Origin: an uncultured Acidobacteriaceae bacterium
GTDB lineage: Bacteria; Acidobacteriota; Terriglobia; Bryobacterales; Bryobacteraceae
Length of the DNA: 64,000 nucleotides
Assembly: GCA_963787585.1 (NCBI GenBank)
Contig: CAWBDR010000005.1
Coordinates: 9,092 to 73,091, forward strand
Direction of reading: 5' to 3'
Shown: in pieces, positions 25,494 to 34,079 of the stretch
How the letters are laid out: each line of letters begins with the position of its first letter
Numbering within the stretch: position 1 is the stretch's first letter
The notes under the pieces: model-generated
Told to the model about the DNA's origin: nothing
Database searches by the model: none
What the model saw: the letters and a program-made list of their open reading frames with translations, nothing else
Made by a program: the position numbers and the translations under genes

Positions 25494-26137
25494 GCTTCGC
25501 GACGGAGTTGCAGGCACGCTCGGCGGAGATCGACGAGCAAGCGCGAGTCATCGAACAGTGCGCGGACCCGGCGACGCGGAATGCCGCCCTGGCGTTGCTG
25601 CGGTCAATCATGGAGCTGCACCGGTCAGCACTGCAGGAAATGCTCGAGGTCGTGGCGGACAAATGCACCGAACCGGAGACCATTCTCGACGCTTTGGCGC
25701 GGCGTCCGCTCATCCACGGTGTGCTATTGCTGCACGATTTGCACCCGCATGATCTGGAAAAGCGCATCGCGTGGGCTCTTGAGGAATTGCAGCCCAACCT
25801 TCAGCGGCACAATGCGGAAGCCAGGCTGATCAGCATCGCCGATGGCGTCGTGCGGATTTTCCTCGAAGCGCCGCTCATGCACGGCTCGAAGAACGAAACC
25901 CTGAAATCAACGATCGAAAAAGTGCTGATCGACGCGGCGCCCGACGCAGAGATTTCAGTTCAAAGCGCCCCGGAACCGGAGTCCAACTTCGTTCCAGTAG
26001 AGGCACTCCATCCGGCTGCCGACCACGTACGATCCAAATGGAACGCGCCCGGGTCCCAGACCGCAAACGCGGGCACGTCAGTCCAACATTCGTTCATAAG
26101 CGCGATGACGCAAACAGCCGATGCCAGCGGGAGGTGA
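25490..26137 (+). CDS. hydrogenase-cluster protein with NifU-C-terminal-like domain lacking the CxxC pair
   Basis: ATG 25490 overlaps the hhyL stop (ATGA). ..EKRIAWALEELQPNLQRHNAEARLISIADGVVRIFLEAPLMHGSKNETLKSTIEKVLIDAAPDAEISV resembles the NifU C-terminal fold, but the usual cysteines are replaced. Confidence 0.55.
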   Translation: MSFATELQARSAEIDEQARVIEQCADPATRNAALALLRSIMELHRSALQEMLEVVADKCTEPETILDALARRPLIHGVLLLHDLHPHDLEKRIAWALEELQPNLQRHNAEARLISIADGVVRIFLEAPLMHGSKNETLKSTIEKVLIDAAPDAEISVQSAPEPESNFVPVEALHPAADHVRSKWNAPGSQTANAGTSVQHSFISAMTQTADASGR

Positions 26138-26144
26138 GGCCAAC

Positions 26145-26342
26145 ATGCCAGACAAATATACATCAAAAGCAAGCAAACCATCGCACGTCGAGGGCACGCG
26201 ACGCGGCGAAGAGGAGATCAAGAGGAGCGGCAGGGAGCCGGGTCGGAAAAAAGATACGCCGACGGCGCGAAGCGCGACCAGCATAAATGCGAAGAAGCAC
26301 GGTCCAATCGATAAGCGCATGCCATCGATTCAGCCTGCTTGA
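26145..26342 (+). CDS. 65-aa highly basic, hydrophilic (probably disordered) protein
   Basis: MPDKYTSKASKPSHVEGTRRGEEEIKRSGREPGRKKDTPTARSATSINAKKHGPIDKRMPSIQPA. The ATG lies 7 nt after the previous stop with GAGG 5 nt upstream. Its stop lies 7 nt before the next ATG, so it fits the operon spacing exactly. Confidence 0.45.
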   Translation: MPDKYTSKASKPSHVEGTRRGEEEIKRSGREPGRKKDTPTARSATSINAKKHGPIDKRMPSIQPA

Positions 26343-26349
26343 GGAATTC

Positions 26350-26982
26350 ATGCTCCCCTCAGCCCAGCCGTCCGACGGAGACTTCGCGCTCCTGAAGCGG
26401 CTTGCACAAAGACCTCCTCTAATAGAACGGTGCGACATTTGCAACGTGCCGCTCGAGCCTGGGCACCGGCACGTTATCGAACCGCAGAGCAGGCAAATTA
26501 AGTGTGCCTGCACGGCATGCGCGCTGCTGTTTGAGACACACACCGGGCGTTACCGGCTGGTGCCGCGCGATGCCGTCCTGCTGCGCGACTTTGTTCTCGA
26601 TGATTTGGAGTGGGAAGCGCTGGGGCTCCCCATTAATCTGGCGTTTTTCATGCGCAGCAGCGCAACGGGGAAAATCGTTGCGCTGTACCCCAGCCCAGCA
26701 GGCGCAACGGAATCACTGCTGGCTCTCGATGCGTGGGACGAAATCGTGGCCAGAAATCCGCGTCTGGAGCAACTGCAAGAGGACGTCGAAGCGCTGCTCG
26801 TCAACCGCATTTCCGATCCGCACCAACATTTCATTGCACCGATCGATCGGTGCTATGAACTGGCCGGTATTATTCGCCGATACTGGCGCGGTTTTTCGGG
26901 AGGCGACGAAGTATGGGAGAGGGCAACGGCTTTTTTCGAGGCGCTGCGGACTCATGGAGCGATGGAAACATCACATGCCTGA
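26350..26982 (+). CDS. hydrogenase-cluster Cys-motif protein of unknown function (recalls DUF5947)
   Basis: MLPSAQPSDGDFALLKRLAQRPPLIERCDICNVPLEPGHRHVIEPQSRQIKCACTACALLFE.. has a CxxC...CxCxxC pattern. The ORF-track start 26287 overlaps the previous gene. Confidence 0.65.
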   Translation: MLPSAQPSDGDFALLKRLAQRPPLIERCDICNVPLEPGHRHVIEPQSRQIKCACTACALLFETHTGRYRLVPRDAVLLRDFVLDDLEWEALGLPINLAFFMRSSATGKIVALYPSPAGATESLLALDAWDEIVARNPRLEQLQEDVEALLVNRISDPHQHFIAPIDRCYELAGIIRRYWRGFSGGDEVWERATAFFEALRTHGAMETSHA

Positions 26983-27634
26983 CCTGTCGTTCGCGATCGA
27001 AGGCATCGATGCGGTACCGGATACTTCAACACCTTTTCTCCGGGCGCGCTTGCGGATAACCAACTCTTGCTCCGGCGAGCCGATCCGGTCAATTGCGTTG
27101 CGTTGTCAAATACAGATCCAGCCGGCTCGCCGCAGGTACAGCGATGAGGAGAAGGAAGCGCTGGGCGACCTCTTCGGCTCACCGGATCGATGGAGCAGTA
27201 CCGTCAGGCCGCTTTCATGGGCCAACACACAAACCAGCGTGCCGCCGTTTCTTGACACAACCATCGCAGAAATCCGCATTTCGGCTCCATGCGATCTCAA
27301 TCTCCCCGCAGCCAATTACCTTCACGCAGTTCGGGAGGGCGAAATTCCAGTCGTGTTTCTATTCAGTGGAACGGTGTTTTATGCTGCCGATAACGACACT
27401 GTGCAGATCGCCCAAATACGATGGGATTGTGAAGCGACGTATCGTGCCCCGGTAGGCCTCTGTAAACAAGTGATGGGTTTCAGCCGGGGAATGTCTGCAT
27501 GCGCGAGCCTAGATCCGACGGTTCAGGATTATCTGCGGCGTTGGCGCGCCGAAAATGTCGCTGTTGCACCGAGAAGAGTAGAAAAGTTATTGCGGACCGC
27601 TTTCGGCGGCGCTACAAGTCCAGGAGCAAAATGA
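26975..27634 (+). CDS. hydrogenase-cluster protein of unknown function (recalls DUF6084)
   Basis: MPDLSFAIEGIDAVPDTSTPFLRARLRITN... ATG 26975 overlaps the previous gene by 8 nt. The ORF-track start 26504 would overlap the preceding gene for about 470 nt in another frame. Confidence 0.65.
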   Translation: MPDLSFAIEGIDAVPDTSTPFLRARLRITNSCSGEPIRSIALRCQIQIQPARRRYSDEEKEALGDLFGSPDRWSSTVRPLSWANTQTSVPPFLDTTIAEIRISAPCDLNLPAANYLHAVREGEIPVVFLFSGTVFYAADNDTVQIAQIRWDCEATYRAPVGLCKQVMGFSRGMSACASLDPTVQDYLRRWRAENVAVAPRRVEKLLRTAFGGATSPGAK

Positions 27635-27747
27635 TGAAATTCACATTCGGAAAGTTGCTGGGCGCAGTCGTGGTCGTAGCTGTGGCCGCGGTGCTGATAT
27701 CGATGTATCCCGATTTGAAGCGGTATATCAACATCGAAACCATGTAG
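27631..27747 (+). CDS. 38-aa single-TM micro-protein, last gene of the hhy operon
   Basis: MMKFTFGKLLGAVVVVAVAAVLISMYPDLKRYINIETM. The ATG overlaps the previous stop (ATGATGA), and AGGAG lies 4 nt upstream. Confidence 0.55.
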   Translation: MMKFTFGKLLGAVVVVAVAAVLISMYPDLKRYINIETM

Positions 27748-27855
27748 CCCTATCTTTGGCGAATTACTTTGCCCGGCTTCACTGCTGGTGCCGGATGCGG
27801 TGTTAGTTCCACAAGTAGGCCAGCCATCTCATGAATAGGTGCAGTAAGAAGTTTC

Positions 27856-28077
27856 ATGATGGACTGTGGGTCTGGGCTTACTGCGTTGTTTTTGCCTCAG
27901 GGATGATGCTATGGCTGTGGCTCTTGCCACATAATCCCCGGGGTGGCTGAGGCGAAGGGCACTGTCGGTCCGTCACTGGACGGATTCGCATCTCGCATTT
28001 ACATCGCGGGTTCTCTAGTAAATAATCACCGGCGGCCTCCCAGCCATCGGAAGCGCTTGATATCACCACGTTTCTGA
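27856..28077 (+). pseudogene. relic of a mono-haem c-type cytochrome gene (CGSCH) with in-frame TGA and no signal peptide
   Basis: My translation is MMDCGSGLTALFLPQG-TGA(27904-06)-CYGCGSCHIIPGVAEAKGTVGPSLDGFASRIYIAGSLVNN.. with a stop at 28075-77. CxxCH followed by ..GPSL.G...R....G matches small cytochrome c. The N-terminal export signal and the distal Met-ligand region are missing. Confidence 0.4.
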
Positions 28078-28176
28078 ACACGTTGGGCAGTTCGAAGCGG
28101 CTTAGTGGATTAGAACGCGAGCTGCAAGTTCCGCATTGAGTGGGACTACCCTGGGGACAGTATGTTCCATCCCCTC

Positions 28177-28980
28177 TTACTCCAGTTGAGCCTGTTGCTG
28201 CTCCTCTTGAGTAGCTAACGGCTTATACAGATCCACCGCAATCAGCAGCGCGAGACCTATAATCGGGCAAATCAAAGCCTCCGATCGAGCGATGCTCTTG
28301 CCCCAAGCGCCTAACGCGGCTCCGAAAACATACGCCATCCAGGTGAGCGCCAGGAATAGAGCGAGCCGACGAGAGCTTTGACCAGCGGAACCCGCAAGAG
28401 CCTTTGTGAAGGCGCTGCCGCTGCGAACTTTGTCGCACAGGAAGGCCGCGTATGCAACAAAGTGCTCTGAAAATTTTACTAACGTGCCGGTTACGAATCC
28501 GGTATGCAATGTAACTGAGCTGAACCGAGTCAGAGTCGAGTTCTGAATCCCCATCGCCGTAGCAAGTAAGGCGATCGCCAGGTATTGCCACGCATTCATC
28601 GAATGCGCGGGAGTCGTACGTAAAAGGCTGGCGATTCCAAGCAGCAACACCTCACAGGCGAAAGCTACAGATGCGATACGACGAGTCCCTAGTCTGGCTC
28701 CGATCTCAATTAAAGAACGGCCGAGGACCAGGCCAAAGACATACAGCAGGATGGGCCACAATCGAATCAGAGCGGTACCCGGTTCAAGTTGGTATAGCGA
28801 TATGCCAAGCGCTACGGTGTTGCCGCTCATATTCGCCGTGTAGATCCTGGCAAAGCTCAGGAACCCGACGGCGTCCACGAATCCTGCAATCCAAGTGAGA
28901 AAGGCCGCAATTGCGAGCTGTGCCAGTCCCCAGCATCCAGTCCCAGGATCGTGGCCTCGCAAGGAAGAACAGTCTTTCAT
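28177..28980 (-). CDS. YoaK/DUF1275-family membrane protein
   Basis: ..AAFLTWIAGFVDAVGFLSFARIYTANMSGNTVALG.. with multiple TM helices. Confidence 0.75.
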   Translation of the reverse strand: MKDCSSLRGHDPGTGCWGLAQLAIAAFLTWIAGFVDAVGFLSFARIYTANMSGNTVALGISLYQLEPGTALIRLWPILLYVFGLVLGRSLIEIGARLGTRRIASVAFACEVLLLGIASLLRTTPAHSMNAWQYLAIALLATAMGIQNSTLTRFSSVTLHTGFVTGTLVKFSEHFVAYAAFLCDKVRSGSAFTKALAGSAGQSSRRLALFLALTWMAYVFGAALGAWGKSIARSEALICPIIGLALLIAVDLYKPLATQEEQQQAQLE

Positions 28981-29104
28981 ACCAAATGAGATGCTTTCAT
29001 CGGAGCGCTATTCCGCGCAATGAGAGTGGCACCTTGTGAAGACATCAAAATGACCATGAAGCCTGAGGTGGATCTCGCCTGCGCCGCCGCAATGCTTTTC
29101 CCGA

Positions 29105-30073
29105 ATGTTCCAGAGTTCCTGTCATCCTATGCCTATGGGCCCAATGGACCCAATTCGTAGCCATGATGGCCGAGGTGCATCGCCGTTCACGAGGCGTGTA
29201 CGCCTCCTACTCGTAGCTGCATTTTCGAGCATGGCTCTGCTTGCTGCCGTTTTTCCCTCCCTGCGGCCGCCTAACCAGGAATTGCTGCCAGTTGATGTGA
29301 GTCAAATTGGGAAACGCACTTCTCGGAAAGCACAACAGCCGCACGGCTTCCGCCAATACTATGGGATGGAGTACGAAGACTATCCCGTCCCGGATGATTA
29401 CGCTGTTCCTGGCGAATGGGTCTTTGCGCGGTTCATGTACAGGGCGGTTCGCGGATGGCGCGGCGAGCGCATGCCGAATTGGACCATCGATTACCCTCGA
29501 TCAGACCGTCATTTGTCCGCTGCGGTCCGCCGGCTTACCCGAATCCAGGCGCGCTCGGTTGAGCAACCCGTCGCAGCGGAAGATGAGGATGACATCTACA
29601 ATTGGCCGTGGCTCTATGCCGTCGAAGTGGGGCACTGGGAGCTCACGGATCTCCAGGCCGCTAAGTTGCGTGACTACCTGGATCGTGGTGGGTTCTTCAT
29701 GTGTGACGATTTCCACGGCACCATTGAGTGGCAAACATTTGTGGCCAGTATGAAGAAGGTGTTTCCCGACAGGCCGATAGTGGAACTGCCCGACAGTGAT
29801 CCCATTTTTCACACTGTCTACGACCTTCAGGAACGGTATCAGGTTCCGGGCGAGCAGTTTGTGCACACGCACCTCACCTATGAGAAAGACGGTCTGCAGC
29901 CAAGGTGGCGCGGCATTTACGACGACCATGGCCGCCTTGTCGTGGCGATCTGTCACAACATGGATCTGGGTGATTCGTGGGAGCACGCCGATAATCCCGA
30001 GTACCCGGAACAGTTCTCCGCTCTGGGCTTTCGCATCGGAATTAACTACGTCGTGTACGCCATGACTCACTGA
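29105..30073 (+). CDS. DUF4159-like membrane-anchored protein
   Basis: N-terminal TM helix (VRLLLVAAFSSMALLAAVF). ..NWTIDYPRSDRHLSAAVRRLTRI...IYNWPWLYAVEVGHWELTDLQAAKLRDYLDRGGFFMCDDFHG.. The start codon is uncertain. Confidence 0.7.
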   Translation: MFQSSCHPMPMGPMDPIRSHDGRGASPFTRRVRLLLVAAFSSMALLAAVFPSLRPPNQELLPVDVSQIGKRTSRKAQQPHGFRQYYGMEYEDYPVPDDYAVPGEWVFARFMYRAVRGWRGERMPNWTIDYPRSDRHLSAAVRRLTRIQARSVEQPVAAEDEDDIYNWPWLYAVEVGHWELTDLQAAKLRDYLDRGGFFMCDDFHGTIEWQTFVASMKKVFPDRPIVELPDSDPIFHTVYDLQERYQVPGEQFVHTHLTYEKDGLQPRWRGIYDDHGRLVVAICHNMDLGDSWEHADNPEYPEQFSALGFRIGINYVVYAMTH

Positions 30074-30272
30074 GATCACAATTCGTATCGGTGCTATAGG
30101 CCAGCCCCGGCGACGCCACTCGCGGCGGCAAGTCACATCCAGTGATTTCGCCTCTTATCTCTGGGCGCATTTCACGCAACTGTCATTCGTTTTCCAACAA
30201 ACAGTAATTTCCGTGATGCAGGCTAAGAACTGCCGCTAAGGCCACTCGAAACCGACAAAGGGGATAGCATAC

Positions 30273-32267
30273 TTGAACAGATTTCTGAAACGCTCCGTCG
30301 CCTGCCTGCGCACGGCGTGCGTTGTTCTCTCGACACTCCAACTGATCGTAGGAAATACATCTGCGCAGTCACTAGCTTTAGAAAATCAAAAGACAACGAC
30401 ACCAAAGACATGGAGCCCGATCAAACACGTCATCGTCATCATTGGCGAAAACCGAACATTTGATCATGTCTTCGCCACGTATAAACCCAAGCACGGCGAA
30501 ACCGTCGACAACCTGCTGTCCAAAGAGATCATCCATGAGGATGGCACACCAGGTCCAAATTATGCCCTGGCGCTGCAGTACTCCGCCGTGGACACCCACA
30601 GCGATGGATACGAAGTCAGTCCGATGGATAAATCGATCTATCCGAAGCTGCCGCCGGTATTAGTTGGCGGCCCAACAAACGCCCCATTTTCGACGGTTGC
30701 GGCAGCAGAAAGTGCTGAAAATGGGCTTGCACCCGGGTACTACAAATATCTGACGACCGGGGGAACAGGACAGAAGGCGAAGACCGTTGACCAGCGCATT
30801 CCGAACAACGGCGACCTTCCGCCGGGACCGTTCCAATTGACCTCCGACACTCTTCCGTACGATTCCTACACGTCCAGCCCAGTGCACCGGTTCTATCAGA
30901 TGTGGCAGCAGTTGGACTGCAATGCCGATTACTCGACGGAGTGGAACGCGAGCGGCTGCCGGGCGGACCTTTTCCCCTGGGTAGAGGTAACGATAGGAGC
31001 GGGTTCGAACGGCAAAGCGCAACCGAAGAATTTCACCGATGAAAACACTGGCGAAGGGGCGACCGCGATGGGCTTCTACAACGTGCTGCAGGGCGATGCT
31101 CCGTACCTCAAACAGTTAGCCGACGAGTATTCGATGAGCGATAACTACCATCAAGCCGTCATGGGTGGTACCGGTGCGAACCATATTATGCTCGGCACCG
31201 GCGATGCTATCTGGTTCAGCGACGGCAACGGCAATCCCAAAGAGCCGCCACACAATCAGTTGGTCGGGGCGGGAACTCCCAACGCCGGCGTCGTCGACGA
31301 AATTGAAAATCCCAATGCTCAGCCCGGAACGAATAACTGGTATACCGAAGACGGTTACGGCGGCGGCAGCTATAGCAACTGCTCCGATTCCGACGCGCCT
31401 GGAGTCACTTCCGTGCTGACTTATCTGGACACGCTGCCACGCCTGATTGACCCGCGATGCGCTCCGGGACATTGGTACCTTCTGAACAACTACAATCCCG
31501 GCTACTTCGGAAATGGCATGAACGCCTACACGGATCAGAATGCCAACAACACGGTGTTCACAATTCCGCCATCCACCGTCCGGAATATCGGCGATGTCCT
31601 GCTGGAGCGTAAGATCTCGTTCAAGTACTACGGCGATCAGTTCAACATTTATAAGAACGATCCTTACGACTTAAATCCGAACGACCAGTACTGCAACATC
31701 TGCAACTTCTTTCAATATTCAACGAGCATCATGAACGACCCGGCAATCCGGGATGCTCATTTGAAGGATACGGTGGACTTGTACAACGACATTAAGAAGG
31801 GAACACTGCCGGCGGTTTCTTTCGTTAAACCGAGCGGACTCGTGGACGGGCACCCTGCATCCTCGAAGCTGAACTTGCTGGAAGGTTTCATCAAGAAGAT
31901 CGTCGACGACGTTAAGGCTAATCCGGAACTTTGGAAAGACACGGCCATCTTCGTGACGATCGACGAGGGCGGCGGATATTACGATTCTGGATACGTGCAG
32001 CCATTGGACTTCTTTGGTGACGGCACGCGCATTCCTTTGCTTGTAGTGTCACCCTATACCAAGGCGGGCCACATCTCGCACGATTACGCGGACCACGTTT
32101 CGATCCTGAAGTTCATCGAGCGGAATTGGGACCTTCCGACGATCACGAATTGGAGCCGTGATAATCTCCCGAACCCCAAGTACGACACCAATGAAAGCCG
32201 GTATGTTCCCGTGAACGGTCCGGCAATCGGCGATTTGTTCGACTTGTTCGATTTCCACGCCAAGTAA
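30273..32267 (+). CDS. secreted phosphoesterase-family protein (phospholipase C / acid phosphatase AcpA-like)
   Basis: TTG start and a signal peptide. IKHVIVIIGENRTFDHVFATY is the family signature. Confidence 0.85.
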   Translation: MNRFLKRSVACLRTACVVLSTLQLIVGNTSAQSLALENQKTTTPKTWSPIKHVIVIIGENRTFDHVFATYKPKHGETVDNLLSKEIIHEDGTPGPNYALALQYSAVDTHSDGYEVSPMDKSIYPKLPPVLVGGPTNAPFSTVAAAESAENGLAPGYYKYLTTGGTGQKAKTVDQRIPNNGDLPPGPFQLTSDTLPYDSYTSSPVHRFYQMWQQLDCNADYSTEWNASGCRADLFPWVEVTIGAGSNGKAQPKNFTDENTGEGATAMGFYNVLQGDAPYLKQLADEYSMSDNYHQAVMGGTGANHIMLGTGDAIWFSDGNGNPKEPPHNQLVGAGTPNAGVVDEIENPNAQPGTNNWYTEDGYGGGSYSNCSDSDAPGVTSVLTYLDTLPRLIDPRCAPGHWYLLNNYNPGYFGNGMNAYTDQNANNTVFTIPPSTVRNIGDVLLERKISFKYYGDQFNIYKNDPYDLNPNDQYCNICNFFQYSTSIMNDPAIRDAHLKDTVDLYNDIKKGTLPAVSFVKPSGLVDGHPASSKLNLLEGFIKKIVDDVKANPELWKDTAIFVTIDEGGGYYDSGYVQPLDFFGDGTRIPLLVVSPYTKAGHISHDYADHVSILKFIERNWDLPTITNWSRDNLPNPKYDTNESRYVPVNGPAIGDLFDLFDFHAK

Positions 32268-32378
32268 TTCTTGGTTCGGAACACGGGCGGCGAAAAGTGT
32301 GTACGGCCCGTGTTCCGCATTGTAATTTACATTTAACATTTGGCCGCTATCCTGATGCCCTACACGGCGGAATTCTAA

Positions 32379-34052
32379 ATGGCTGCTACCTCTGCTTCCC
32401 TGGCTCCTGGTAAGCCCCCTTCTCTCCTCGATTCAAAGATAAGGCGAACGCCCGGCCGCGTCGGGGCTGTTGTGTTCGGATTGGCTCTGCTTGGAGGAAC
32501 TATTTATGCCGGATCCAAGCTCGTTTCTGATCTGGCGCAAGTACAAATAACTTCCACGCTGCCTTTCGTGCTCCTGGGTTTCGCGCTTGCGATCGCTCTC
32601 GGTTTCGAATTCGTGAACGGTTTTCATGACACTGCGAATGCTGTCGCGACCGTCATATATACCCACACCCTCGAGCCCCATCTCGCGGTCGTCTGGTCTG
32701 GAGCCTGGAATTTTATTGGAGTACTCACTTCGTCAGGTGCGGTCGCATTCGCAATCGTCTTGCTCTTACCAATCGAGCTGATCCTTCGCGTCGGTACCGG
32801 CGCCGGTTTCTCCATGATCTTCGCGCTCCTGGTTGCCGCAATCCTCTGGAATCTGCTGACCTGGTACTTCGGCCTGCCCAATTCGAGTTCGCACACGCTG
32901 ATTGGCTCCATACTGGGCGTCGGGTTGATGAATCAGATCATGGAGCCCCGTTCCGGCATCTCGGGTGTTGATTGGAGCCAGGCACTTAACGTTGGCAAGA
33001 GTCTCCTCTTCTCTCCCATCGTCGGCTTCATCTTCTCTGCGCTGCTGCTCTTCTTGCTTAAGATATTCGTAAAGAACCGCAAGCTCTACAAGGAGCCGGA
33101 AGGCGTTCAGCCTCCGCCCTTCTGGATTCGCGCCTTGCTGTTCTTCACTTGTACCGGGGTCAGTTTTGCGCACGGCTCGAACGACGGTCAGAAGGGCATG
33201 GGTCTGATCATGCTCATTCTCATCGGTACTGTTCCCACTGCCTACGCGCTGAATCACGCCGTCGCCTACGAGCAAGTGCAGACCTTCCTCGCCGTCTCGG
33301 AGAAGGCCGAGCGGACTCTCGAAAAGTACGCCTCTCAACCCGCTTCGTCCGCAGCGAGCATCCGAACCCCTCAGGAGAAAGCGCAAGCCGCGCGCCAGGT
33401 CAACTGGACACCCCGCGAGCAAGTGGCGCTGGAAACAGTCATCTCGGATCGCAAAGTTCAACCCGATACGCCGGTGCTCTTGAGCGGCCTCATCGAAGAC
33501 ATTAAACAGCAGGTTGCCGGTTATCGTACGCTGGCTGCAATTCCGGCCACCCAGAGCCGCAACATTCGAAATCAAATGTACGTCGCGAGTGAAACTCTTC
33601 GCGTTATGCAGAAAACCAAGAGTCCCCGCCTCGAGCCATCCGATTTATCGGCTCTACTGAATTACAAGAATCAGCTCGATAGTGCGACCAAGTTTATCCC
33701 CAGCTGGGTCAAAGTCGCGGTAGCCCTCGCACTCGGTCTCGGGACCATGGTGGGATGGAAGCGTATCGTGATTACGGTCGGGGAGCGAATCGGCAAGCAG
33801 CACCTCACCTACGCGCAGGGCGCATCCGCGGAGCTTGTGGCGATGGGCACCATTCTTGCCGCGGATCGCTTCGGTCTTCCGGTCAGCACAACCCATGTAT
33901 TAACTTCTGGAGTGGCGGGAACTATGGCGGAAAACGGCTCAGGCCTCCAATGGAAAACGATTCGCGCCCTTATCGCCGCCTGGGTTCTGACCCTTCCGGC
34001 ATCAATCGCTCTCTCCGCTGGACTCTACTGGACTTTCCGCCACGTCCTGTAG
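32379..34052 (+). CDS. inorganic phosphate transporter, PiT family
   Basis: FEFVNGFHDTANAVATVIYT and FAHGSNDGQKGMG motifs, with a repeat near the C-terminus (STTHVLTSGVAG). Confidence 0.9.
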   Translation: MAATSASLAPGKPPSLLDSKIRRTPGRVGAVVFGLALLGGTIYAGSKLVSDLAQVQITSTLPFVLLGFALAIALGFEFVNGFHDTANAVATVIYTHTLEPHLAVVWSGAWNFIGVLTSSGAVAFAIVLLLPIELILRVGTGAGFSMIFALLVAAILWNLLTWYFGLPNSSSHTLIGSILGVGLMNQIMEPRSGISGVDWSQALNVGKSLLFSPIVGFIFSALLLFLLKIFVKNRKLYKEPEGVQPPPFWIRALLFFTCTGVSFAHGSNDGQKGMGLIMLILIGTVPTAYALNHAVAYEQVQTFLAVSEKAERTLEKYASQPASSAASIRTPQEKAQAARQVNWTPREQVALETVISDRKVQPDTPVLLSGLIEDIKQQVAGYRTLAAIPATQSRNIRNQMYVASETLRVMQKTKSPRLEPSDLSALLNYKNQLDSATKFIPSWVKVAVALALGLGTMVGWKRIVITVGERIGKQHLTYAQGASAELVAMGTILAADRFGLPVSTTHVLTSGVAGTMAENGSGLQWKTIRALIAAWVLTLPASIALSAGLYWTFRHVL

Positions 34053-34079
34053 GGATTCGTTCGATCGCGTGGCACCCCA

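Noticed and set aside
27904-27931. Selenocysteine recoding of the in-frame TGA in the cytochrome c-like ORF. A small hairpin TGTGGC-TCTT-GCCACA starts 10 nt downstream.
   Set aside because: The 6-bp tetraloop hairpin does not resemble a bacterial SECIS. The upstream peptide has no signal sequence, so a c-type cytochrome could not be exported. Gene decay is the simpler explanation.
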